From an uncultured Gemmatimonadaceae bacterium (GTDB taxonomy: Bacteria > Gemmatimonadota > Gemmatimonadetes > Gemmatimonadales > Gemmatimonadaceae): a stretch of DNA of 64,000 nt. Of this stretch, positions 55,929-64,000 are shown in pieces (the stretch's first letter is position 1; the number at the start of each line of letters is the position of its first letter). The DNA lies in NCBI GenBank assembly GCA_963829055.1, contig CAWHHI010000012.1, forward strand, positions 320,001 through 384,000, in the 5' to 3' direction. Position numbers and translations under genes: made by a program. The notes below the pieces were generated by a model. The model saw only the letters and a program-made list of their open reading frames with translations, was not told the DNA's origin and did not search any database.

Positions 55929-57239
55929 ATGACCGTGCTGTTCGTGGGAATGAGTCACGCAACGGCACCTCTCGCCATCATCGAACGCATCGGCTTCACC
56001 GCCGACGACGCGGTTGCGACGCTCGCGCGCATAACGCTTGACGACGTCCAGCCCACACTGCCGTTTCGCGAGCTCGTGGTGCTGTCCACGTGTCATCGCG
56101 TCGAGCTCTATGCCGTGCCCACCGACCATGCCACGCGACAGAGCGCCGCGCTCGACGCACTCGCTCGCGTTCTCACGGAGCGCGCGAGCGCGGGCGACGT
56201 GTCGGATTCGCACCTCCGCCGCCTCGTCGGGCCCGACGCGACGCGCCATCTCTTTCGCGTCGCCGCGGGCCTCGAGTCGATGGTCCTCGGTGAGGCAGAA
56301 GTGCTCGGGCAAGTGTCCGGAGCACTCGCACTCGGCTTGCGGGTCGGCGCGGTCGGCCCGGTGCTGACGCCAGTGTTCGAGGCAGCCGTTCGCACGGGGC
56401 GTCGCGCGCGCGCCGAAACCGCGATCGCGACGGCACCGGCCACCGTCAGCTCCATCGCCGCCGAGTTGGCGGAGGAGCTCGCGGACGAGCTGCGAGGACG
56501 ACGCGCGCTCTTTCTCGGCGCGGGGAAAATCGCCGTGCACACGGCGAAAGCGCTGCGGACACGCGGCTTCTGGGATATGACGATCGCCGCGTCAGCACCG
56601 GCCGACGCTCCCGGACTCGCCGAGCTGGGCGCAACCGTGGTGGCGCCTGACGCGGTAGCGCGCGCAATCGCCGAGAGTGATCTGGTGTTCACGTGTGCGT
56701 CGTCGCCGCCACTCCTGGTGGACGCGGCGATGGTCCGTCGGGCCATGCGTGGTCGGAAGGCGCGTCCGCTCGCGTTCATCGACCTCGCCGCGGGTGACGC
56801 GTTGGATCCTGCGGTGGCCGAGCTCGCGGGCGTACGCGTGGTCGGTCCCGCGGAGCTGCGCGAGCGTATCGACGTGGCCATCGCCGGGCGTCGTCGTGAA
56901 GCGCCGCTTGTCGAGACCGTAGTCGAAGAAGAGCTTCGAGCCCTCCAGGCGCGCACCGAGGGCAGCTCGCTGAGCGGCGTCGTTGCCGCGTTGCGCGCTC
57001 GAGCGGAAGAGATCCGCCAACGAGAACTGGCACGCGCGCTGGCCGCGGTGCCTAACGCCGACCCCGTGGTCCGCACGCAGCTCGAGTGGCTGTCCGTGTC
57101 GCTCGTGAACAAGCTACTGGACGAGCCGACGCGCCGGCTACGCGCTGAAGCCACGCACGGGCACGTGAACCCGTACGCGGACGTCACGCGCGAGCTGTTC
57201 GGGCTCTCGGGCGAGCGCGCCGACCTTCCGCCTGCCTAA
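55929..57239 (+). CDS. hemA: Glutamyl-tRNA reductase
   Basis: GMSHATAP, LSTCHRVELY, HLFRVAAGLESMVLGE..LGQV, LGAG. Confidence 0.85.
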   Translation: MTVLFVGMSHATAPLAIIERIGFTADDAVATLARITLDDVQPTLPFRELVVLSTCHRVELYAVPTDHATRQSAALDALARVLTERASAGDVSDSHLRRLVGPDATRHLFRVAAGLESMVLGEAEVLGQVSGALALGLRVGAVGPVLTPVFEAAVRTGRRARAETAIATAPATVSSIAAELAEELADELRGRRALFLGAGKIAVHTAKALRTRGFWDMTIAASAPADAPGLAELGATVVAPDAVARAIAESDLVFTCASSPPLLVDAAMVRRAMRGRKARPLAFIDLAAGDALDPAVAELAGVRVVGPAELRERIDVAIAGRRREAPLVETVVEEELRALQARTEGSSLSGVVAALRARAEEIRQRELARALAAVPNADPVVRTQLEWLSVSLVNKLLDEPTRRLRAEATHGHVNPYADVTRELFGLSGERADLPPA

Positions 57240-57251
57240 CGCTCATATCCG

Positions 57252-57288
57252 AAAAAACCGCCCCGTTCTCGCGTAGAACGGGGCGGTT
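57252..57288 (-). terminator. Intrinsic terminator between convergent hemA and bcp
   Basis: ccgccccgttct-cgcgt-agaacggggcgg flanked by aaaaaa (a U-tract on the minus strand). Confidence 0.85.
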
Positions 57289-57290
57289 CG

Positions 57291-57752
57291 TCAGCTTGCT
57301 TCCAGCGCCTCGGCGACCTGCGCCGCATGGCCCGTGGCGTTGACCTTCTCGAAGACGTGCGTGACACGACCGTCGCGACCGATGAGAAAGGTGGTCCGCT
57401 CGACGCCCATGTACGTCTTGCCGTAATTCTTCTTCTCCTTCCAGACGCCGTACTGCTCGGCCACCGCATGCTCCGAGTCCGCGAGCAACGTGAACGGCAG
57501 CGAGAACTTCTTCTTGAACTTGGCCTGCGCGAGCACCGTGTCGGGGCTCACGCCAAGGATCACCGCATCCAGTCCCTCGAACCGAGGGAACGCGTCACGA
57601 AACTCGGACGCCTCGGTGGTTCACCCAGGGGTATCGGCCTTGGGATAGAAGTAGAGCACGATGCGCTTGCCCACCTGATCGGAGAGCGTCAGTGGCTCTC
57701 CCTCGTCCGTGAGCAAGGTGAAATCGGGTGGAATCGAGCCGGAAGAAATCAT
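57291..57752 (-). CDS. bcp: BCP/PrxQ peroxiredoxin, selenocysteine-containing
   Basis: MISSGSIPPDFTL..VLYFYPKADTPG-TGA(57621-57623)-TTEASEFRDAF..ILGVSPD..ERTTFLI. One frame, 153 aa. Confidence 0.9.
57581..57617 (-). promoter_or_regulatory. Bacterial SECIS-like hairpin
   Basis: mRNA: UGA acc ACCGAGG CGUC CGA GUU UCG u GACG cguuc CCUCGGU. Confidence 0.7.
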
Positions 57753-57804
57753 TACGTGCGGCTGGGTGCTGGGTGGTCGTGCTGGGTGGACTGCTGCGTG
57801 CTCG

Positions 57805-58716
57805 CTAGCTCAGGGCCTCGCCGCCGATCAACGCGGCCATGATCGCCTTCTGAATGTGGAGTCGATTCTCGGCCTCGTCCCACACGTAGCTCTGTGGTCC
57901 ATCGATCACGTCGGCAGTGACCTCTTCTCCGCGGTGCGCGGGAAGACAGTGCAGGAAGATCGCGTCGTTTGCCGCGCGCTTCATGAGACGCGCATCGACC
58001 GTGTATCCGGCGAACGCTTTCTCCCGTTCCTTCTGCTCCTCTTCCTGGCCCATTGATGCCCACACGTCGGTGTTGACGACGTGCGCGCCCGCGGCGGCCT
58101 CGTTAGGGTCTCGCACGAGCGTGACGTTCCCCTCGCGTCGCCCGCGCTCGAGAATCTCCGGATTCGGATCGTAGCCTTCCGGGCACGCCAGCGACAGCTC
58201 GAAGCCGAGCCGGTATGCGGCATTGATCCAGGAGTTGGCCATGTTGTTGCCGTCGCCGATCCACGCGACCTTCTTCCCTTCGTAGGAGCCGAGGCGCTGG
58301 CGAATCGTGAGCACGTCGGCGAGCACCTGGCAGGGATGGAGCAAATCGGTGAGGCCATTGATCACCGGCACGCGCGAGTACTGCGCGAGCTGCTCGACGT
58401 CGCTGTGCGCGAACGTGCGGATCATGATCCCGTCCACATAACGCGAGAGCACGCGCGCGGTATCGGGCACCGGTTCTCCGCGGCCAATCTGCACGTCGCG
58501 CGACGACAGGAAGAGCGCGTGCCCACCGAGTTGAAACGTCCCCGCCTCGAACGACACGCGAGTTCGCGTCGACGACTTGAGGAAGATCATGGCCAGCGAT
58601 TTCCCGGCGAGCGGCTTCTTCGTGTACGCGCCGGTGCGCATCGACTCGGCGAGCTCGAACAGCTGGTCGAGCTCGGCGCGCGTGAAATCCGGGATCGCCA
58701 GAAAATGACGAGGCAT
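57805..58716 (-). CDS. argF: Ornithine carbamoyltransferase
   Basis: SSTRTR, HPCQ, TDVWASMG, FLHCLP, EAENR. Confidence 0.97.
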   Translation of the reverse strand: MPRHFLAIPDFTRAELDQLFELAESMRTGAYTKKPLAGKSLAMIFLKSSTRTRVSFEAGTFQLGGHALFLSSRDVQIGRGEPVPDTARVLSRYVDGIMIRTFAHSDVEQLAQYSRVPVINGLTDLLHPCQVLADVLTIRQRLGSYEGKKVAWIGDGNNMANSWINAAYRLGFELSLACPEGYDPNPEILERGRREGNVTLVRDPNEAAAGAHVVNTDVWASMGQEEEQKEREKAFAGYTVDARLMKRAANDAIFLHCLPAHRGEEVTADVIDGPQSYVWDEAENRLHIQKAIMAALIGGEALS

Positions 58717-58718
58717 TC

Positions 58719-58826
58719 TCGGGAATAGGGAATTGGGAATCGGGAATCGAAACTACGGGATACGGAGCACTCGCGGTGCGCGAAGCGCGCACCGTCGATT
58801 CCCCATTCCCGATTCCCGATTCCCCG
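58719..58826. repeat. Inverted heptamer arrays (GGGAATC) around a hairpin
   Basis: gggaatagggaattgggaatcgggaatcg ... gattccccattcccgattcccgattcccc. Confidence 0.8.
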
Positions 58827-58828
58827 AG

Positions 58829-60322
58829 CTACAGAATATACCTGCGAAGATCCTCGTCTTCCATCACCGGCCGCAACCGATCGTTCACGACCGTCCGATC
58901 CACGTTGATCGGCGCCGTGCCGCGATCGGGAAGCTCGTACATCACGTCCTCGAGCAGCGTCGTCATGACGGTGTGCAGCCGCCGCGCCCCAATGTTCTCC
59001 ATGCGGCCATTCACCACCGTGGCGATGCGCGCGATCTCGGCGACGCCATCGGGCGTGAACGTCAGCTTCGCCCCCTCCGCCTCGACGAGCGCGGCGTACT
59101 GCTTCGTCAGCGCGTTCTCCGGCTCGGTCATGATGCGAACGAAGTCCTCTTCCGTCAGCGGCTTGAGCTCGACGCGAATCGGGAAGCGACCCTGCAACTC
59201 GGGAATGAGATCGCTCGGCTTCGATACGTGGAACGCGCCAGCGGCGATGAAGAGCACGTGATCCGTCTTCACCATGCCGTACTTGGTCTGCACGTTCGAG
59301 CCTTCGACGATCGGCAGCAGATCGCGCTGCACGCCTTCGCGCGACACGTCCGGGCCCGCGCCGCCTTCACCACGCGCGCCGGCGATCTTGTCGATCTCGT
59401 CGAGGAAGATGATGCCTAACTTCTCCACGCGCTCCAGCGCATCGGCGTTGACGTCCTCGAGATCGATGAGCTTGTCGAACTCCTGCTCGAGCAGAATGCG
59501 GCGGGCTTCGGCCACCTTCACCGTACGCTTCTTCTTCCGCTTGGGAAGCATGTCCTGAAGCATCTCGGTGAAGTTCTCCATCCCCTCGGGCGCGCCCTGC
59601 GGGACCATCATGTCGAACATCGGCCCCTGCTGCGTCACCTCGACCTCGACCTCGCGCGTCTCGAGCTGTCCGTCGATGAGCAGCTGCTTGAGCTTTTCAC
59701 GGGTGCGCTTGTAGCGATCCATCACCGCATCACGATCGGTCTCGTGCTGTACGGAGCCGTCCGCGCCGACGACGAACACGCCCGGAACCGACGAGGACGA
59801 CGCGTTCGACGTTGCAGCCGCGCTCGCCCCGACCGGCGACGGCGTCGCCGATGACGCTTTCGCCTCGGAAGGAACGGGCAGCAGCAGGTCGAGCAGTCGC
59901 TCGTCGACCTTCTCGTTCGCGAGATCCTCGACGTCGCCTTCGCGCTCGTTGCGCACCATGTCGATGGCGCTCTCGACGAGATCACGTACCATCGCCTCGA
60001 CGTCGCGGCCGACGTATCCGACCTCGGTGAACTTCGACGCTTCGACCTTCACGAACGGGGCACCGGCGAGCTTGGCGAGACGGCGCGCGATCTCCGTCTT
60101 ACCGACACCCGTGGGGCCGATCAGGATGATGTTGTTAGGCGAGATCTCGTCGCGAATGGCATCGGGCGCGCGCTGTCGGCGCCATCGATTGCGAAGCGCG
60201 ATGGCAACCGCCTTCTTCGCGTCGCCCTGACCGACGATGTATCGATCGAGCTCGGCGACGATCTGACGTGGTGTGAGATCAGCGAGGCGGGCGACCACCT
60301 GCTGCGTGCGAGTGCTGGGCAT
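58829..60322 (-). CDS. hslU: ATP-dependent protease ATPase subunit HslU
   Basis: GPTGVGKTEIARR, KFTEVGYVG, FLDEIDKI, ELQGRFP. Confidence 0.97.
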   Translation of the reverse strand: MPSTRTQQVVARLADLTPRQIVAELDRYIVGQGDAKKAVAIALRNRWRRQRAPDAIRDEISPNNIILIGPTGVGKTEIARRLAKLAGAPFVKVEASKFTEVGYVGRDVEAMVRDLVESAIDMVRNEREGDVEDLANEKVDERLLDLLLPVPSEAKASSATPSPVGASAAATSNASSSSVPGVFVVGADGSVQHETDRDAVMDRYKRTREKLKQLLIDGQLETREVEVEVTQQGPMFDMMVPQGAPEGMENFTEMLQDMLPKRKKKRTVKVAEARRILLEQEFDKLIDLEDVNADALERVEKLGIIFLDEIDKIAGARGEGGAGPDVSREGVQRDLLPIVEGSNVQTKYGMVKTDHVLFIAAGAFHVSKPSDLIPELQGRFPIRVELKPLTEEDFVRIMTEPENALTKQYAALVEAEGAKLTFTPDGVAEIARIATVVNGRMENIGARRLHTVMTTLLEDVMYELPDRGTAPINVDRTVVNDRLRPVMEDEDLRRYIL

Positions 60323-60367
60323 CGGGAGTGGCGAAATGCGAAAAAGGCGGTCAGTCCCGAGGCGCTG

Positions 60368-60919
60368 CTAACCCTGCGCCTCGAGCACCGTGATGTTGGT
60401 ATTGGTGTACACGCAGATCTCGCCCGCGATCTCCAGACCGCGCCGCACGATCTCGGCTGGCGTCATGGTCGTGGACGAGACGAGGGCGCGCGCCGCGGCG
60501 AGTGCGTACGAGCCGCCGGAGCCGATCGCGAGAATGCCGTCGTCCGGCTCGATGATGTCGCCGGTGCCGGAGATCACGAAGCCGTTATTGCGGTCGACGA
60601 CGATGAGCAACGCTTCGAGCCGACGAAGCACGCGATCGCTGCGCCAGTCCTTCGCGAGCTCGACGGCGGCGCGGGACAGGTTGTTTGGATATCGCTCGAG
60701 CTTCTCCTCGAACTTCTCGAACAGCGTGAACGCGTCGGCCGCGCTACCGGCGAAACCGGCGAGCAGCTGACCATTGCGAAGCGCGCGGACCTTCTGCGCG
60801 TTGGACTTCATGACAGTGTCGCCGACGGTCACCTGGCCGTCGCCGCCTAGCGCGACTTTACCATCGCGGCGGACAGCGAGAATGGTCGTCGCGCGAATAC
60901 GAGGGAGCGTGCTGTGCAT
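60368..60919 (-). CDS. hslV: ATP-dependent protease peptidase subunit HslV
   Basis: [27 protein letters not shown]. Confidence 0.97.
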   Translation of the reverse strand: MHSTLPRIRATTILAVRRDGKVALGGDGQVTVGDTVMKSNAQKVRALRNGQLLAGFAGSAADAFTLFEKFEEKLERYPNNLSRAAVELAKDWRSDRVLRRLEALLIVVDRNNGFVISGTGDIIEPDDGILAIGSGGSYALAAARALVSSTTMTPAEIVRRGLEIAGEICVYTNTNITVLEAQG

Positions 60920-61091
60920 GCTGGAAAACATAGCGGCTGGGCCGACGCAGTGGCCCAGCGCGCGAACGCGTCTCCGCCCCGGCGATCAGCGAATACGCAA
61001 GCGCGGCTGACCTTCGGGCGGCGTGTCGTCGCTGCCGGACTTTCCGGAATTCGCGACGCCCTCAGCCGCCGTCAGAATCGGAGCCTCGCGG

Positions 61092-61544
61092 TCACCGCGC
61101 AGCGGCGCTCCGCTCTCGCGGCGGCGGGCTGTCGGCGAGTCCCGGGACGACCGTCGGCCGTACAGGGTTTCCGGTATTCACGCCGTTGGTCTGCCCGGTT
61201 CGCGGCTCGGATCGCTTTTCGCCGCGGCGAGCGGCGCCGCGGAAGAGGAACGTCTCACGGAGGTAGCGCCGGTTGAGCCACGCACCAGCGGCGAGCAGTG
61301 CCGCGCCCGCCAACACCGCGACCGTGCCGAATCGCCACTGGTCACGACCAATCAACGCCGCTGCCATCCCCAGAATCCCCAGACCGACAAGGGTTTCGCC
61401 GCCGCGGTGCCGCTCCGTGCGTTCCCGACGCCGACGTTCTCGCGACTGCGCGAGCGCTTCGGGAAGCTGGGCGTCGAGCACCACCCCCAGGCCGAGGATG
61501 GCGACGATGACACCAATGAAGACCGGAATCTGTTCGAACCGCAT
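61092..61544 (-). CDS. Hypothetical membrane protein
   Basis: Three TM segments; lies between xerC and hslV. Confidence 0.7.
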   Translation of the reverse strand: MRFEQIPVFIGVIVAILGLGVVLDAQLPEALAQSRERRRRERTERHRGGETLVGLGILGMAAALIGRDQWRFGTVAVLAGAALLAAGAWLNRRYLRETFLFRGAARRGEKRSEPRTGQTNGVNTGNPVRPTVVPGLADSPPPRERSAAAR

Positions 61545-61581
61545 GCCACCTAACCTTGCAAAAAGGAGGCGAGCCCGGGAA

Positions 61582-62607
61582 TCACGCGCGAGGATGGGCT
61601 TTTCGGTAGACCTGCTTCAGCCGTTCGACGCTGGTGTGCGTGTATATCTGCGTGGTGGAAATAGAGGCATGGCCGAGCAACTCCTGAACCGCCCGCAGAT
61701 CCGCGCCGGCATCGAGCAGATGCGTGGCGAATGTGTGGCGAAGCGAGTGCGTGCTCAAGCCCGCGCTCTCATCGATCTGCGCGAGGAATTTCGTCACGAT
61801 GAGCTGGATGGCGCGCGTGCTGAGACGCCTGCCGTTGACGCTGAGAAAAAACGCGGCGCGATCGACCTTCGCTCCGAGATTGCTCGCCAGTTCATCGCGC
61901 TTCGCTTCGTAGTTGCGGAGCGCGAGTGACGCGTGATCGCCAACCGGAATGATGCGCTGCTTTCGCCCCTTCCCCGTCACCTTCACCTGCTGCGAGACGA
62001 GATCGAGATCGCCGCGGCTCACACCACGCAATTCGGACAACCGCATTCCGGTCGAGTAGAACAGCTCGAGGATCGCGAGATTGCGGACGTCGTTGAATCG
62101 ACCCTCCCAGGCGCGGACCTCCGCCGTCTGGAAGACGAGATCGATCTGCGCACGATCGAGGTAGCTGGGCAGATAACGGTCGATTTTCGGCGAACCCACG
62201 GCACGCGCGGGATTCGCGTCCACGACCTCGTTGCGGTGGAGAAAGCGGTAAAACCCGCGGACCGCGGACAGCGCACGCGCGGTCGATCGCTTCGACAGAC
62301 CGCGCCGCGTTAGGTGCCCGAGGAAACCCCGGATGGCGAGGCGATCCACGCCCTGCCACGACCACTCGCCATCGCCGTAGTACGTCGACAGAAAAAAGAC
62401 GAGCTCCGACAGATCACGCGTGTAGGCCACGATGGTGTTCGGCGACACATCGCGTTCGTTGCGGAGATGGTCCAGGTATTCAGCGACCTCCGGAGAGGCG
62501 ACAACGGGCGTCGGCGGAGCCTCGACCGCTTCGGTCCTGTGCGACGACGGTTGCCGGCGCGACTTCAACCGATCGCCACCAGCGAGAGGCCATTCGCGAC
62601 GCTCCAC
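61582..62607 (-). CDS. xerC: Tyrosine recombinase XerC
   Basis: GMRLSEL, GKGRKQR, HSLRHTFATH, LLGHASISTTQIY; trmFO-xerC-hslVU context. Confidence 0.92.
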   Translation of the reverse strand: MERREWPLAGGDRLKSRRQPSSHRTEAVEAPPTPVVASPEVAEYLDHLRNERDVSPNTIVAYTRDLSELVFFLSTYYGDGEWSWQGVDRLAIRGFLGHLTRRGLSKRSTARALSAVRGFYRFLHRNEVVDANPARAVGSPKIDRYLPSYLDRAQIDLVFQTAEVRAWEGRFNDVRNLAILELFYSTGMRLSELRGVSRGDLDLVSQQVKVTGKGRKQRIIPVGDHASLALRNYEAKRDELASNLGAKVDRAAFFLSVNGRRLSTRAIQLIVTKFLAQIDESAGLSTHSLRHTFATHLLDAGADLRAVQELLGHASISTTQIYTHTSVERLKQVYRKAHPRA

Positions 62608-63971
62608 ACGTCCAACGATCGCAACGCACGCTCAGCGAGCATCTCGCGCTTCCGCCGCTTGTCGCGAATGGGTGGCTCGAGGTCATCGAGCAGGCCGAAG
62701 TTCGCGTTCATCGGCTGGAAGTGCCGCGGGTCCGCCTCGTTCAGATACCGGTACAGCGCGCCAAGCATCGTCGTCGGCGGGGGAATCACAGGCTCCTCGC
62801 CGGCAAGCAACCGGGCGAGGTTGATCCCGGCGAGCAGTCCAGTCGCGGAGCTCTCGGTGTAGCCTTCGACGCCGGTGAGCTGGCCGGCGAACAGCGTCAT
62901 CGGGTCGTCGCGCAGCGAAAGGTGTCGCGTTAGGGCGGCTGCCGCGTTCACGTACGAATTGCGATGTACGGATCCCCAGCGCAGGAATTCCGCCTCGCCG
63001 AGGCCGGGGATCATGCGGAACACGCGCTGCTGTTCCCGCGTGCGCAGTCGGGTCTGAAAGCCGACGAGGTTCCACATGCGGCCACCGCGGTCTTCCATGC
63101 GGAGCTGCGCTATCGCGTAGGCATCGCGACCGGTACGCGGGTCGCGCAGTCCGACCGGCTTCATCGGACCGAACCGCAGCGTCTCGCGGCCGCGCCGCGC
63201 CATCTCCTCGACCGGCATGCATCCCTCGAAGTACGGGATGGGGTCGAACGCCTGGCCCTCGTACTGATCGGCCGAGATGAGTGCGTCGAGGAACGCCTCG
63301 TACTGCTCGCGCGTGAACGGGCAGTTCACGTACGCACCCTCGCCCGCGAGGTCGGGCCCGCCGTCGGACGCGGTGTCGGCGCCGGTCATCGTTTCCTTCC
63401 CATAACGCGACGCGCGAAACACGATCGCTGGGTCGATGGACTCGCCGGCGACGATCGGCGCGATGGCATCGTAGAAGGCCAGCGACTCGACGCCGAGCCG
63501 CGCCTGGATGGTGGCCGACAGCGCGTCGGACGTGAGTGGACCAGTGGCCACGATGCCCGGCGACGGCAGGTCGACGACTTCGTCGTGAACGACGTCGATG
63601 CGCGGATGTGCTCGCACCCAACGGTCGATTGTCCCGGCGAACACATCGCGGTCTACCGCGAGCGCTGACCCGCCCGGGACGCGCGCCTCATCCGCCGCTC
63701 GGAGAATGATCGACCCGAGTGCACGCATCTCGGCCTTGAGCAAGCCGTGCGCGTTGGATGTCTCCGTGCTCTTGAACGTGTTGGAGCACACCAGCTCCGC
63801 CAGAAGCGGAGAGCGGTGAGCTGGCGTCACACGAAGGGGACGCATCTCGTGCAGCACGACCGCGTGCCCACGCTCAGCGAGTTGCCACGCGGCCTCGCTG
63901 CCTGCGAGACCGCCACCCGCGATATGAATCGTTTGCTTCTCGCCCCGTTCTCCGCTCAGCAGACTCGCCAT
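62565..63971 (-). CDS. trmFO: tRNA (uracil-54) methyltransferase TrmFO
   Basis: GGGLAGSEAAWQ, ELVCSN, FGPMKPVGL, AGQLTGVEGY. Confidence 0.97.
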   Translation of the reverse strand: MASLLSGERGEKQTIHIAGGGLAGSEAAWQLAERGHAVVLHEMRPLRVTPAHRSPLLAELVCSNTFKSTETSNAHGLLKAEMRALGSIILRAADEARVPGGSALAVDRDVFAGTIDRWVRAHPRIDVVHDEVVDLPSPGIVATGPLTSDALSATIQARLGVESLAFYDAIAPIVAGESIDPAIVFRASRYGKETMTGADTASDGGPDLAGEGAYVNCPFTREQYEAFLDALISADQYEGQAFDPIPYFEGCMPVEEMARRGRETLRFGPMKPVGLRDPRTGRDAYAIAQLRMEDRGGRMWNLVGFQTRLRTREQQRVFRMIPGLGEAEFLRWGSVHRNSYVNAAAALTRHLSLRDDPMTLFAGQLTGVEGYTESSATGLLAGINLARLLAGEEPVIPPPTTMLGALYRYLNEADPRHFQPMNANFGLLDDLEPPIRDKRRKREMLAERALRSLDVWSVANGLSLVAIG

Positions 63972-64000
63972 GCGGGAATGATAGCACGTCGTCGCGGAGT

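Noticed and set aside
61582..62607. Tyrosine recombinase as the integrase of a mobile element
   Set aside because: It sits in the housekeeping trmFO-xerC-hslVU context with no att sites or cargo.

Overview
High-GC bacterial chromosomal segment (roughly two-thirds GC by eye). Gene content and style suggest Gemmatimonadota; this is an inference. Many single-base frameshifts, including one in atpB, look like long-read indel errors rather than biology. Core genes: a FadF-like Fe-S oxidoreductase (partial), etfBA, an acyl-CoA dehydrogenase, an ICDH-family enzyme, cstA, a nucleotidyltransferase, an AarF/UbiB kinase, the F0+delta half of the ATP synthase operon, MoxR, a sigma54 activator, MogA/MoaB, gcvT, hemA, bcp, argF, hslUV, xerC and trmFO. 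Accessory regulator-rich stretches and several palindromic intergenic repeat families lie between them. Most notable observations: (1) an unlisted 15-aa micro-ORF (MISWILALAQMISWI) with a strong RBS, between a conserved-looking hypothetical gene and a membrane HD-GYP phosphodiesterase, a candidate peptide/c-di-GMP signalling module; (2) a non-palindromic motif, CCTAAC(G)/(C)GTTAGG, repeated about 53 times without strand bias; (3) a selenocysteine-type BCP peroxiredoxin with an in-frame TGA and a SECIS-like hairpin; (4) Rex-type operators upstream of etfB and of the atp operon. No rRNA, tRNA, CRISPR array or transposase was seen.
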